Of a stretch of DNA of 64,000 nt, positions 13,641 to 26,200 are shown one piece after another (within the stretch, counting starts at the first letter, position 1; each line of letters begins with the position of its first letter). The stretch comes from Mobula hypostoma. Lineage: Eukaryota. Below the pieces are notes generated by a model that was not told the origin of the DNA, made no database searches, and saw nothing but the letters and a program-made list of their open reading frames with translations. Made by a program: the position numbers and the translations under genes. Location of the stretch: NCBI RefSeq assembly GCF_963921235.1, contig NC_086097.1:223450001-223514000 (forward strand), given 5' to 3'.

Positions 13641-13905
13641 ACTGTATTGTATATTTACTGTTTTAAACCATTGTAGATATTAATTCTGAGGATCCATGGT
13701 CTACTGCCTCACCACAAATTGAAGAGAAATTCTCCAGTCTTCCACTTAAAAGCTGCAAAAGAAATGTCAGTTTTTGCTTCATTCCCATTCCCCCTCCCCC
13801 ACCCACCTGGCTTCGCCTATCACCTTCCAGTTTGTACTCCTTCCCCTCCCCTCCCCTCACACCTTATTCTGGCACCTTCCCCCTTTCCTTTCCAGTCCTG
13901 ATGAA

Positions 13906-15230
13906 GATAGATAGATACTTCATGGATTCCAAAGGAAATTTCAGTGGCACAGTAACATTTCAAGTGCACAGATAGAAATCTCAGAAGGATAAAAAAATAC
14001 TTTAATATAAGATGTAGATATCAAAGGTTACAAGATTTCCAAGTTCACACTGATAAGATGGTTGTGCAAGAATTACCATAATATTCTACAGCAATAAGTG
14101 CACATTCACACTGTCCAACAAGAAGTGATGATAGTATTGCACGGTATTACACAGGGTGTCCATGATAGCAGGGTGTAGTAAACAGAGCTAAACAGAGCTC
14201 TGGTAAACAGAGGTTAATAATAGTCTAACAGGAGGGAGTCATCATTTCCCTGGCTATAGGTTGACTCATTATACAGCCTAATAGCTGAGGGTAAGAATGA
14301 CCTCATGTAACGCTCTTTGGAGCAGCACACTTGTCTTAGTCTATGACTAAAAGTGCTGCTCTGTTCAGCCAAGGTTGCATACAGAGGTGAGAAATATTGT
14401 CCAGAATTACTAGGATTTTGCACAGGGTCCTTTGTTTTACCTCAGCCTCCAGTGTGTCCAGTATGATTCCTATAACAGAGCCAGCCTTTCTAATTAGTTT
14501 ATCGAGCCTGATGGCATCACCCATGTGGATGCCATTGCCCCAGCACACCACGGCATAGAAGATTGTACTGACAACAACAGACTGGTAGAACATGTGAAGG
14601 AGAGGCCTGCATACTCCAAAGGACCTCAGTCTCCTCAGGAAGTAGAGGCTACCCTGGCCCTTCTTGAGCACAGCCTCTGTGTTGGTGCTCCTCTCAAGTC
14701 TGTCATCCAGGTACATCCCCGGGTACTTGGAGGTCCTCACCATCAATAGTAACAGGGAGCAGTGCAGGCTTAGCCTTCCTAAAGTCCATCACCATCTCCT
14801 TTGTCTTACTGATGTTGAGCTGCAGATTCAGCTTGTACCATTTGACAAAGTCCTCCACCAATGCCCTGTATTCATCCTCCCATCCTCTCTTTATACACCC
14901 AACTATTGCAGAGTCATCAGAGAATTTCTGCAGATGACATGACTCAGTGTTGTACCTGAAGTCCGAGGTATACAGGGTAAAGAGCAAGGGAGCCAATGCA
15001 GTCCCCTGTGGGGCCCCAGTGCTGCTTATAGCCATATCTGACACACAGACGTGGTCTGTCAGTCAAGTAGTTCATTATCCAGTATACAATGGAAGTGCCA
15101 ACCTGCACTGAACGGAGCTTTCCCCCCAGTAATGAGGACTGTATGGTATTGAAGGCATTAGAAAAAAAAAACAAAAAAAAGATCCTCAGAGCTGCCCTCC
15201 TTATCAAAATGGGAATAGGCTCTGTTCAGA
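13906..15230 (-). mobile_element. Rex1/Babar LINE, 5'-truncated and degenerate
   Basis: ORFs with STGAPQGTALAPLLFTLYTSDF, LQKFSDDSAIVG, LNISKTKEMVMDFRK and LYFLRRLRSFGV; (tatc)n tail at ~13906. Confidence 0.9.
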
Positions 15231-15679
15231 TGTAATGTTATCTTATGCACCTAAAATAATAGGATCAGCAAGTAGTGCATACAATTCATTTCGACAAAAT
15301 CAGGCATTAATCCCATAAACCTATCCTTCACAAGCTCACCAGATAGCAATAAAAAAAAATCAAGTAGTAACACTCAGGCAAAGTGATACACTACAACACT
15401 AAATTCCAAACATAATAGGACCTACACTGTGCCAACTCCCAGTTTTTACTGGCACAAGATGATGCACTAAAACCCAGGAATAACCGGAAGGGTATATGGG
15501 CCTTTCATGTTCATATTAACATCAGAATGCTGAAAGATAAATGGTGCAAATCTGGTTCTGCTCAAAGTTAACTGCCTGAAAACAAGCCAAACATGCACAT
15601 TGTTCAAGTTCAGTTCAGAAAGCTTGACCCTGTGGTTTGCAGCAATCTGATTTTGAGGTTTAACAAAGGTATAACAAAG

Positions 15680-16390
15680 ACACGCCATTTAACTGAAAAA
15701 CAAATTATGTATTTGAACAAAACACACAAATTAGAACACTACCAATACTAATACAGTACTAAAAACTGTGTATTGGTTCCTATTAGATATTGATGAAGAA
15801 ATTCATCCAGCGTATGCTGCCATGTTTTTTTGATCGACTATAAATGAACAAAATCAGCGCAGACACCTAGTGCAGGTAATGGGCTGCCTTCAAAGTTCAA
15901 AGTAATACATACAATGCCTTCGACGACTGCATCCTCCGAATTTTGATTTTCAGTGTAACATTCAAGATAATTCCAAATACCTTCAAATTCTTCATCGTTC
16001 CTAACTTGCTGAAGTAGGGAAATTGCTTCATTTTCACTCCCTGGCTGTTTCTGACATCACCAAGTCTGAATGTTTGAAATCACAGTGAGCAAAACAGTTC
16101 CGGAATGTCTTGACAACAATCACTGCTTCTCGACAAAAACACACATAACTGATGCTATTTAAAAACTGTTCGCTCTAAGCATAGTGTACTGTCTAACAAC
16201 CACACAAGTGCATGTGACCAACGCTAGTCAGAAACTGTTTAGCACCAATCTCCTGCCCCAATTACACGGCACCGTGGCCCAAATAAATGATGAGAATCCC
16301 AGCTATTTTCTTGATTAGTTTTTGTTCTTTTAAGAGTTGTCCCAAGTAAGCAGCTACCCTAATCAATGGCCAAATTAACAGAAACCACTA
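15680..16390. mobile_element. pogo/Tigger-like DNA transposon remnant
   Basis: End ...gtcccaagtaagcagct...ggccaaattaacagaaaccacta resembles Tigger subterminal repeats and TIR; other end not found. Confidence 0.4.
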
Positions 16391-16569
16391 TTTTCTCTTC
16401 ACATAGCTAGCTGCCTGATTCACAATCCAGTTCACACATTTCTGATTTTAATTTTAGATTGCAATTATAATTTTTTGCTTTCTGATTTATATTCTCTACA
16501 GTATTTGATCAAACTAACAGTCATTTGTATTCAATGACATATGCCTCCAACCCAGGTAGGTTTACATTC

Positions 16570-17158
16570 CATTACCCTATGATCCAAGACCTCCTTCCCT
16601 TTCTCTTTAGGTTCACCCTCCTTGCCTATCAGATTCATCCTTCTCCAGCCCTTCACTTTTCCCACCCACCTGGCTTCACCTATCACAAACAAGAGAAAAT
16701 CTGCAGATGCTGAAAATCCAGGCAACACACACAAAATGCTGGAGGAACTCAGCCAGTCAGGTAGCATCTATAGAAAAAAGTACAGGCATCGTTTCGAGCC
16801 AAGATCCTTCAGCAGGACTGGAGAAAAAAAGAACTTTTTTTTTCCTGCCGAAGGGTCTCGGCCTGAAACGTTGACTGTACTTTTTTTCCCCCATAGATGC
16901 TGCCTGGCAGGCTGAGTACCTTCAGCATTTTGTGTGTGTTGCTTGGCTTCACCTATCACCTTCCAGCTGGACTTCGTACTCTCCCCAACCTCTTTATTCT
17001 GTTGTCTTCCCCGTTCCTTGCCAGTGCTGAAGAAGGATCTCGGCCCAAAATGTCAACTGTTCACTCATTTTCATAGATGCAACCTGACCGGCTGAGTCCC
17101 CCCAGCATTCTGTCTGCATTGCTTTGGATTTCCAGCATCTGCAGAACTTCTCATGTGT
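16570..17158 (+). mobile_element. PLE pseudo-LTR containing a nested palindromic PLE insertion (16687-16943)
   Basis: 16-bp TSD tggcttcacctatcac (16671-16686, 16944-16959); insert is two inverted pLTR ends; three hammerhead-like motifs. Confidence 0.88.
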
Positions 17159-17759
17159 ACAATCATCTACAGATCCTATATTTAGGAATTAGTAGTGGAC
17201 ATTTACAATGGAAATAAAAAGACAAAATTCAAAACATATAATCTAAGAGAGATATCGCAAATAAATAGCACTAGTTTGGAATGGTGGAACCATTACGAAA
17301 TTGCAGCTCACTTGGAACATCTAGTGAAAGAAGCCAGGTACTGCACCAATATAAAAATATTACCCTGTCCGGTTGAGAACCAGTGCTGAATAGAGGAAAA
17401 GGTACTGAGGGAACGCATGATAATTATTTTAAAAACAGGACTGATTAGCTGACTGATTTTATAGGCTCCTCTGTAAAAATAGCAACAGGGCATGTCAGAA
17501 GAATAAACCAAAATCAAAGCCAAGGATTTCAGAGAAATAAAACCATTAAAATAGCAAAGAAATTTAATACTTGGATATCAATCTGTAAAATTAAACAAAG
17601 ACCCCAAGTCAGTGGCAACGTATCAGCTTTTTGCTTTTCAAAGGTCTCAAACCGAAGCACAATCAAACCTGATGCTTCAGCCTAATGCTTCCGTGTCACA
17701 CCTGACTTTTGTTCAATGAAAAATAAATAAAGTCCCGCTGCTGGTGAAGGTTTCTTGGC

Positions 17760-18108
17760 AGAAGATGATGAGAGGCATTGATGGTGTGGCTAGTCAGAGG
17801 CTTTTTCCAGGGCTGAAATGGTTGCCACAAGTGGACACAGGTTTAAGGTACTGGGGAGTAGGTACAGAGGAGATGTCAGGGGTAAGTTTTTTTACTCAGA
17901 GAGTGGTGAGTTTGTGGAATGGGCTGTCGGCAACAGTGGTGGAGGCGGATACGATAGGGTCTTTTAAGAGATTTTTAGATAGGTACACGGAGCTTCAAAA
18001 AATAGCGGGCTATGGGTAAGTCTAGTAATTTCTAAGGAAGGGACATGCTCGGCACAACTTTGTGGGCCAAAGGGCCTGTATTGTGCTGTAGGTTTTCTAT
18101 GTTTCTAT
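17760..18108 (+). mobile_element. CR1 LINE 3' fragment
   Basis: FFTQRVVSLWNGL; tail ggttttctatgtttctat; same subfamily as 24715-26200 and 30652-31430. Confidence 0.88.
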
Positions 18109-18319
18109 ACAGAGTTCCAAAAGTCCTGATCAAGGGTCTGGGTTTAAAACGTCAACCAGTTTTTCCTCTCCAGCTTTTCCCGACCTGCTGAACTCCCCCA
18201 GTATTTTGTGTGTGTTACTCTGAATCTGCATCTGCAGAATGTCATCTGAAATTTTCCCATCTTGTCTCTGATCTAGCCTTCAACTAATGGCTTTCAAAAC
18301 AGATCATCTCTTTTCTCAT

Positions 18320-19150
18320 AACCGAAATCCCGGAAGAACCCAACCAGTCAAACAGTATCTGTGGAAAGAGAAACCAGTATGGAAAAAGAAACAAGCAACT
18401 TTTCAGGTGAAAGACTCTTCACCGGAATAGAGAAAGAAACTTACAGAGAAGATGGGGAAGGCCAGTGGTTGGAACTAGGGAATGTCACTAACAGGATGAA
18501 ATGATAGACAATCATTGAATGGTTAAATTCCTTTGTCAGCTACTAATACTGTGAAGCTGGGAACTCTATCATCTCTCCTACTGAACTGTGGTGAGCATGC
18601 CCAAGTATACAAATTTAAAAAAAAGAGCATGTACAAATAGCCAGTCTGAATACAAAAGGAAAGGGACTACATGTTATCCAAAGTTGGAAGATTGAGTTAG
18701 AGTCCTGGAATCCTCAACATGTCCAGATGAGGTGTTCCTCAGTTTAATTGGGCCTCATTATAACAGTGCAGGAGGCTGCAGACAAAGAAGTTGGAGTGGA
18801 AGCGGTTGATGAATTAAAATGGCAGGTAACCAGATCAGGATCACTCTTCCACTCCGAGTACAGGTTCTCCTCAAAACAATCACCCAAACCGTTTCTCCAG
18901 TATAGAGGCCACACTCTGAATACAGTAGACTTGAGAGGAAGAAAGGAAAGTGAATTACTGCTTCACCTGTTTGGGTCCCTGACTGGAGGGAAGAGGGGAT
19001 TGGACAGCTGCTGCATTTTCTCCATGTGCATGGAAAGACGCCATGCAATAGGGAATGGGGAGGGGGACCAGCAAGTCATGAAGTGAGCAAAGTGCAGTGA
19101 AGAATGGAGAGGGGAAGATGTGACTGGTGGGAAGATCATGTTGGAGCTGT
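18320..19150 (-). mobile_element. Old Penelope-like element remnant (GIY-YIG region plus pLTR)
   Basis: Minus-strand fragments CSSCP, QGPKQVKQ and ECGLYTGET. Confidence 0.6.
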
Positions 19151-19699
19151 TCTCTCTCTTCCCCCTTTGCTTTTGTCACATGCTTTCAGAAGTGCAATCC
19201 ACCCTCACTCCATTTTGTCAAGGAATGAGGGTGAAGTTAGTATTTAGTACATGCTCCTGTATTACCAGGATACTTTAGAGGGCGGCTAAGAGTCAGCCAG
19301 AGAGATTTCCTTTCCTGTAGTGCACCATGTTCCCTCCACAAAAGCCATTCTTCAATCAATTCAAAGCAAAACAGCTAAGAGCATGGATGGATACAGTAGA
19401 CGATGTGACCATCCAGCTACAGCTACAGTACTTTAGATCTGTGCTCCAGAACTAGCCGTGACTCCAGCCAACCTGCTCCAGTAGAGCTAAACCCTGATAC
19501 ACATCTGATTATGTGACGGAAGTTGTCGCCAGCAGTGTCATCAAGCAGCACTGATTCACCAGGACCTTGACTGTGTTTTGTCAGCCCTCATCACATTCTA
19601 CATGCAAACAACAAAAATGGCTGATGATGAGATGACAGTGCATGCCCTTAACATCAAGGCCACAATTAACAAGATGTGGGATTAAGGAAACCCATTTAT

Positions 19700-21510
19700 A
19701 AAAAAAGACAGGCAACTAAAAAAACTCATTAAGGTAAAGATGGAATGCAAAAGCAAGCTAGCCAATAATATTAAAGAGGATACCAAAAGTTTCTTCAGCT
19801 ACATGAAGTGTAAAAGAGAGGCGCAAGTGTATATAGGACTGTTGGAAAACAATGTTGGAGAGGTAGTAATGGGAAACAATGAAATAGTAGACAAACTAAA
19901 TAAGTATTTTGCACCACTCTTCACTGTGTTAGACACTAGCAGTATGGTGGAAGTCCCAGGTGTCAGGGGGCATGAAGTATGTGAAGTTACTGTAACTAGG
20001 GAGAAGGATCTTGGGAAACTGGAAGGTCTGAAGGTGGGTAAGTCACCTGGACCAGATGGTGGACACCCCAGAGGACTGAAAGAGGTGGCTGAAGAGCTTG
20101 TGGAGAATCACTAGATTCTGGAATTGTTCCGGAAGACTAGAAAATTGCACTCCAGTCTTCAAGAAGGAAGAGAGGAAGAAGAAAGAAAACTATAGGCCAG
20201 TTAGTTTGGACTCAGTGGCTGGGAAGACGTTGGAGTTGATTATTAACGATGAGGTTTCAGGGTACTTGTAGGCACTTAATTATATAGGCTGTAGTCAGCA
20301 TGGTTTCCTCAAGGAAAAATCTTGCCTGACAAATCTGTTGGAATTCTTGGAAGAAATAACGAGGAGGATAGACAAAGGAGAATTGGTTGATGTTGTGTAC
20401 TTGGATTTTCAGAAGGAGTTTGACAAGGTGCCACATATGAGGCTGTTTATCAAGCTATGAGTATTACAGGGAAGATTCTAGCATGGATAAAGCAATGACT
20501 GATTGGCAGGAGTCAAAGGGACAGAATAAACGGAACCTTTTCTGCCTGGCTGCCAGGGACAAGTGGTGTTCCACAGGGGTTGTGTTGGGACCAATTCCTT
20601 TTGATTTGGATGAAAGAATTGATGGCTTTGTTGCAAAGTTTGCAAGCGATATGAAGATAGGCAGAGAAGCAGGTAATTTCAAGGAAGTAGAGAGGATACA
20701 GAAGGAATTAGACAGATGGAATACAGCGAAGGGGAAGTGTACTTTTGCACTTTTGTAGAAGAAATGAGAGGGCTGACTATTTTCTAACTGGAGAGAATAT
20801 ACAAAAAACTGAGGTGGAAACAGACTTGGGAGTCTAAAGGTTAATTTGCAAGTTGAGTCAGTGGTGAGGAAGGAAAATACAATGTTAGCATTCATTTCAA
20901 GAGGACTAAAATATAACAGCAAGGATGTAATGTTGAGACTTTATAAAGTACCGGTGAATTCTCACTTAAGAGTACTGTGAGCAGTTTTGGGCCCCTTATC
21001 TCAGAAACTGGAAACGGTTCAAAGGAGGTTCACAAAAATAATTCCAGGATTGAATGGCTTGTCATATGAAGAGCGTTTGATGGCTCTGTGCCTGTATTCA
21101 CTGGAATTCAGAAGAATAAGGAATCACTCGTTTTGACCTTTTGAATGGTGAAAGGGCTTGATGGAGTGGATGTGGAAAGGATGTTTCCTACAGTGGGAGA
21201 GTCTAAGACCAGATGACACAGCCTCCTCAGAGTTGAAGAGTGTCCTTTTAGTACAGAGATGAGGAGGTATTTCTTTAGCCGAGGGTGGTGAATCTGTGGA
21301 ATTCTTTGTCATAGGCAGCTGTGGAGGCAAAGCCTGTATGTACATTGAAGGCAGAGGTTGATGGATTCTTGACTGGTCAAAGCATGAAGGGATACAGCGA
21401 GAAGGCAGAGATTGGGGCTGAGAGGAAAATTGGATCAGCCATGATGAAATGGTGGAGCAGACGCAATGAGCCAAATGGCCTAACTCTGCTCCTATATCTT
21501 ATGGTCTTAA
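19700..21510 (+). mobile_element. Degenerate CR1 LINE ORF2
   Basis: KSPGPDGGHPRGLKE, GKSCLTNLLEF, DVVYLDFQK and AKFASDMKIG; 3' tail atcttatggtctta. Confidence 0.9.
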
Positions 21511-21624
21511 TGGGAATCCTGGGGAAAATACTCCTGTTGTGAATTTAACTTGAACAAAGTAACCTGGTTGTGATGCAAAGTACAAACTGCTGGAAGAACT
21601 GTCAAACAGCTTTGATACATTTGT

Positions 21625-22051
21625 AAAAATTGCTGGTGAACGCAGCAGGCCAGGCAGCATCTATAGGAACAGGTACAGTCGACGACTAACTGAAAGAAGA
21701 GCTAGTAAGAGATTTGAAAGTGGGAGTGGGAGGGGGAGGGGGAGATCCGAAATGATAGGAGAAGACAGGAGGGGGAAGGAATGGAGCTAAGAGTTGGAAA
21801 GTTGATTGGCAAAAGGGATATGAGAGGCCTAAAGCCAACTGGAGTAACTGGAGTCTGAGTCAAAATGTGGTCAAAAAGCTGAAGGGCTGAAGACATTATA
21901 GAAGGGGAGCAGTGAGAGATGGTTTCACTAAACTCCTGTTGAAGAGAAGATTTAAACTTCTCTTCAGTGTAGGCATCACCGGAAGCGGCTTCGCAGTAGT
22001 GAATTTTAAAACGCAAACACGAGGAAATATGCGGATTTCCTCGTGTTTGCG
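21625..22051 (-). mobile_element. Internally deleted PLE insertion with fold-back end
   Basis: 13-bp TSD ttgatacatttgt (21612-21624, 22052-22064); pLTR homologous to 48641-48844 and 60212-60662; terminal hairpin aacgcaaacacgaggaaat / atttcctcgtgtttgcgtt. Confidence 0.85.
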
Positions 22052-22103
22052 TTGATACATTTGTGATTACCGGAGGTTAATCACCAAAGTGCATTGCTTC
22101 TGG

Positions 22104-22235
22104 AGTTACTCAGAAAAGTGCCCTAACTCCAGCTGCCTGCAATTTCCTCAATAACTCTTGCCCAGGTTATTGCAATAGCAGAAGTTATTGAGTTAGTTGC
22201 AGGTAGCTGGAGTTAGGGCACTTCTCTGAGTAACT
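22104..22235. repeat. Long imperfect inverted repeat (53-bp arms, 26-nt loop)
   Basis: agttactcagaaaagtgccctaactccagctgcctgcaatttcctcaataact versus the reverse complement of 22183-22235, agttactcagagaagtgccctaactccagctacctgcaactaactcaataact. Confidence 0.92.
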
Positions 22236-23234
22236 TGCTGCTGTCTAAAGAGAGTAAATTGTAATAGAAATAAATACTAAAAAGAATTCTGTCATTTACG
22301 TTGAGGCGTTTTCTGGAGTTATGGTATACAGCAAATATTAATTTCAACAGCAACCAGTCTACAGACCTGAATGTGGATTGTAAACAAGAGTCTTCCTGGA
22401 GCTGCAGACTGGCATTATTGCAAACCAGGAAACATCCATTCACCTGAGATGTCTGCATATACATGAATGCAGCTGCAGAGCCATTTTGGGTGCCTGGGGT
22501 GTTGGTGTGAAGATGGAGGTATTTGAAAATTACATGTCATTAAAAGGAAACATTGTAGATATATTTTAACTATAGAATTTTCCTATTATCTTTGATCTTT
22601 AGCATATAAAACATGTCCTGTAATATTGGGTCTTCTTCCAAGAGTGTATCGAGTATAATGCCTGCTGCTTGTTTTGCTGAATAAAGACTTCCATATCCAG
22701 CAGCTTCAGTGTCTCTCTGGCGACTCTATTCACAGTCACAATACACAAAGCAATTTCAGTCACAGTTTCACATGCAGATAAGAAAGCAATCAAATTTCTC
22801 AATAATTTACAATTAATCAGATCACACATTTCAGAAAGTTTGCTGTGCACAAATGTGGGTAAATTATGAGCAGTGACCACACTTCAAAAATATATTGTAA
22901 CTCTTAAGACATGTAAAGCACATGTCAAACCTTTCCTTTACATGTCCACTTTTCATACAAGTTGAGACAAGCAAGTATCCAAGTTGTAACAACCCAGTAT
23001 CTTCTAATTCAATCTCCACAGATATTTTTAAAGACAAGATCACGAGGCAGCAATTAAAATAAAACACTGGTTGATCTGTAACCTCTTGACTGAAAAACTC
23101 TGATATCAACTATAGCTCCCCAGCTTGAATTCACAAGAATTTCTAGTTGGTAGAACTGTTTTACCAACCAAAGCCAATGACAGGAACACTTTCATCACTT
23201 GCTTAATGTTTCTTGTATAAACATTATAAAGATA

Positions 23235-23545
23235 AGCTTTATTTTATCAACAGTACAACAAAACATGCAGTGAATATACATTGTGTGGTGTCAACGACCA
23301 ACACAGATCGAGGATTGTGTGGGGGGCAAACTGCAAGTGTCGCCTAGCTTCTAGCGCCAACATAGCACACCCGCAATTCACGAACCCCAACCATTTATCT
23401 TCGGAATGTCGAAGGACACCAGAGCACCAGGAACCCATGCAGTCACGGGGAGAAACAACAAACTGCTTACAAACAGCAGTGGAAATTGAACCCTAATTGG
23501 TGATCACTGATGCTGTAAAGCAATTGCTACTCTACTGCGCAGCCC
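23235..23545 (-). mobile_element. V-SINE
   Basis: ggacaccagagcaccaggaacccatgcagtcacggggagaa...aactgcttacaaacagcagtggaaattgaaccc (V-domain plus box-B-like head). Confidence 0.7.
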
Positions 23546-24714
23546 AGTATATTTGTCAAAGTAAAGTGACCCAAAACATTAATTTCATACCATCGGTTAT
23601 ATTCCTTTCCAATTTCATATTTGTTTATAACAATGTCATGACCACAATGGGTTTGGTAAATCATTATCATTTAAAATAACAAAGTGCAGCCCTGACGTCA
23701 ATGAAATACCTATCATCTTGGTCAGTCTCACTGCTCATTTTAGTAATTAGCAAGAGCAGACAATAGGATATGAGCCATTCACACTTCTCTGACACAAGAG
23801 ATCTCGATAAATGATGCAATATTTTAAAATTCAGGAATGCAAGCCAAAACCACCTACTGAAAACCATGGGAGCGATTGCAAAACTCAGTATTCAAATATC
23901 ACAAGGTTATTATGGGAAGAAATCCTGCGGCAACATTTTTCCTTGATTTATTCAAGTACTGCCTCCTACTGGTTTGTAGAATCAATGTGTTAACAAGATG
24001 TCGGCAGTTTGCTGAAATGCTGATGATCATGGGTATGTAGTCACAGCGTATTAAAGCACTGCCAGGTTGTTTCATAATTTAACATTCTCATAAACACATT
24101 CTCCAACAGGAATCATCACACCAGTTATCCAGTAAGTGGAGCAATCTTGGCTTTATTTTTTCCTGTATCCCCTGTCGCAACAGCCCAGATATACTTGCCT
24201 CAAATATATTCCCACTCTGATACTGCAATTCTTCACAACAGAGTCACAAAGGGGAACTTCTTCAACAAACTAAGATTGAAAAAATATGCAAATTATGAGA
24301 TGTTTAAACTTGCTTAATTTCCATAGAAAGGATAAAAATACACAGGATAAGGTGCTTTAAAGATTTATTACAATAAGGCTGAAACTAAGTTACGTCCATT
24401 GGGAAAAATTGAACAGGCAATTGCAAGTTGGCCCTTTCACTCAAAAGAGGATGCCTGAAACAAAATAACCCAGAACAAGAGAATGCTGGAAGTGTTCAGT
24501 AGTCAGTCAGGATCCATGAAAAGACAAAGATACTGGGCAGTTAATACCGAGGAGCAATCTGACACTGATTATGAAAGGAATCAATGGAGCAGACAATGGT
24601 GTTTCGTTAGTGGACATTAACAGAACTAGGGATCATAAACATTACTTTCTAATACATCCAACTCAGAATCCATGAGAAACTTCTTCATCCAGAGATCGGC
24701 CAGAATTTGTACTG

Positions 24715-26200
24715 ATTCGCTGATGATGACCTTTGAATCATCAATGGGGATGGGAAAGGTTTCCGGAGGATTGGAGGGTTGCCAATATCATTCCTTTATT
24801 CAAGAAAGGGAGTAGAGATAAGCACAGGAAGTTATAGACCAGTGAGTCTTTCTTCAGTGGTTGGTAAGTTGATGGAGAAGATTCTGAGAGGCAGGATTTA
24901 TGAACATTTGGAGAGGTATAATATGATTAGGAATAGTCAGCGTGGTTTTGTCAAGGGCAGGTCATGCCTTACGAGCCTGATTGAATTTTTTGAGGATGTG
25001 ACTAAACACATTGATGAAGGTAGAGCAGTAGATGTAGTGTATATGGATTTTAGCAAGGCATTTGATAAGGTATCCCATGCAAGGCTTATTGAGAAAGTAA
25101 GGAGGCATGGCAGCCAAGGCGACATTAATTTGTGGATCCAGAACTGGCTTGCCCACAGAAGGCAAAGAGTGGTTGTAGACGGGTCATATTCTGCATGGAG
25201 GTCGGTCACCAGTGGAGTGCCTCAGGGATCTGTTCTGGGACCCTTACTCTTTGTGATTTTTATAAATAACCTGGACCAAGAAGTGGAGGGATGGGTTAGT
25301 AAGTTTGCTGATGACACAAAGGATGGAGGTGGTGTGGATAGTGTGGAGGACTCAGAGGTTACAGTGGGACATTGATAGGATGCAAAACTGAGCTGAGAAG
25401 TGGCATGTGGAGTTCAACCCAGATAAGTGTGAGGTGGTTCATTTTGGTAGGTCAAATATGATGGCAGAATATAGTATCAATGAAAAGACTCTTGGCAGTG
25501 TGGGGGATCAGAAGGATCTTGGAGTCCGAGTCCACAGGACAATCAAACCAGCTGTGGTTAAGAAGGCGTATGGTGTATTGGTCTTCATCAATTGTAGAAA
25601 TGAGTTTAAGAGCCAAGAGGTAATGTTGCAGCTATATAGGATCCTGGTCAGACACCACTTGGAGTACTGTGCTCAGTTCTGGTTGCCTCACTACGGGAAG
25701 GATGTGGAAACCATAGAAATGGTGCAGAGGAGATTTACAAGGATGTTGCCTGGATTGGGGAGGATGCCTTATGAGAATAGGTTGAGTGAACTCGGCCTTT
25801 TCTCCTTGGAGTGACAGAGGATGAGAGGTGACCTGATAAAGGTGTATAAGATGACGAGAAGCATTGATCGTGTGGATAGTCAGAGACTTTTTCCCAGGGC
25901 TGAAATGGTTGCCACAAGAGGACACAGGTTCAAGGTGCTGGGGAGTAGGTACAGAGGAGATATCAGGGATAAGTTTTTTTTTTACTCAGAGAGTGGTGAG
26001 TGCGTGGAATGGGCTGCCAGCAACGGTGGAGGAGGCGGATATGATAGGGTCTTTTAAGAGACTTTTAGATAGGTACATGGAGCTTAGAAAAAATAGAGGG
26101 CTACAGGTAAGCCTAGTAATTTCTAAGGTAGGGACATGTTCGGCACAACTTTGTGGGCTGAAAGACCTGTATTGTGCTGTTGTTTTTCTATGTTTCTATG
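24715..26200 (+). mobile_element. CR1 LINE, 5'-truncated, frameshifted RT
   Basis: YRPVSLSSVVGKLME, DFSKAFDKV, GVPQGSVLGPLLF and KFADDTK; tail ttctatgtttctatgt. Confidence 0.95.
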
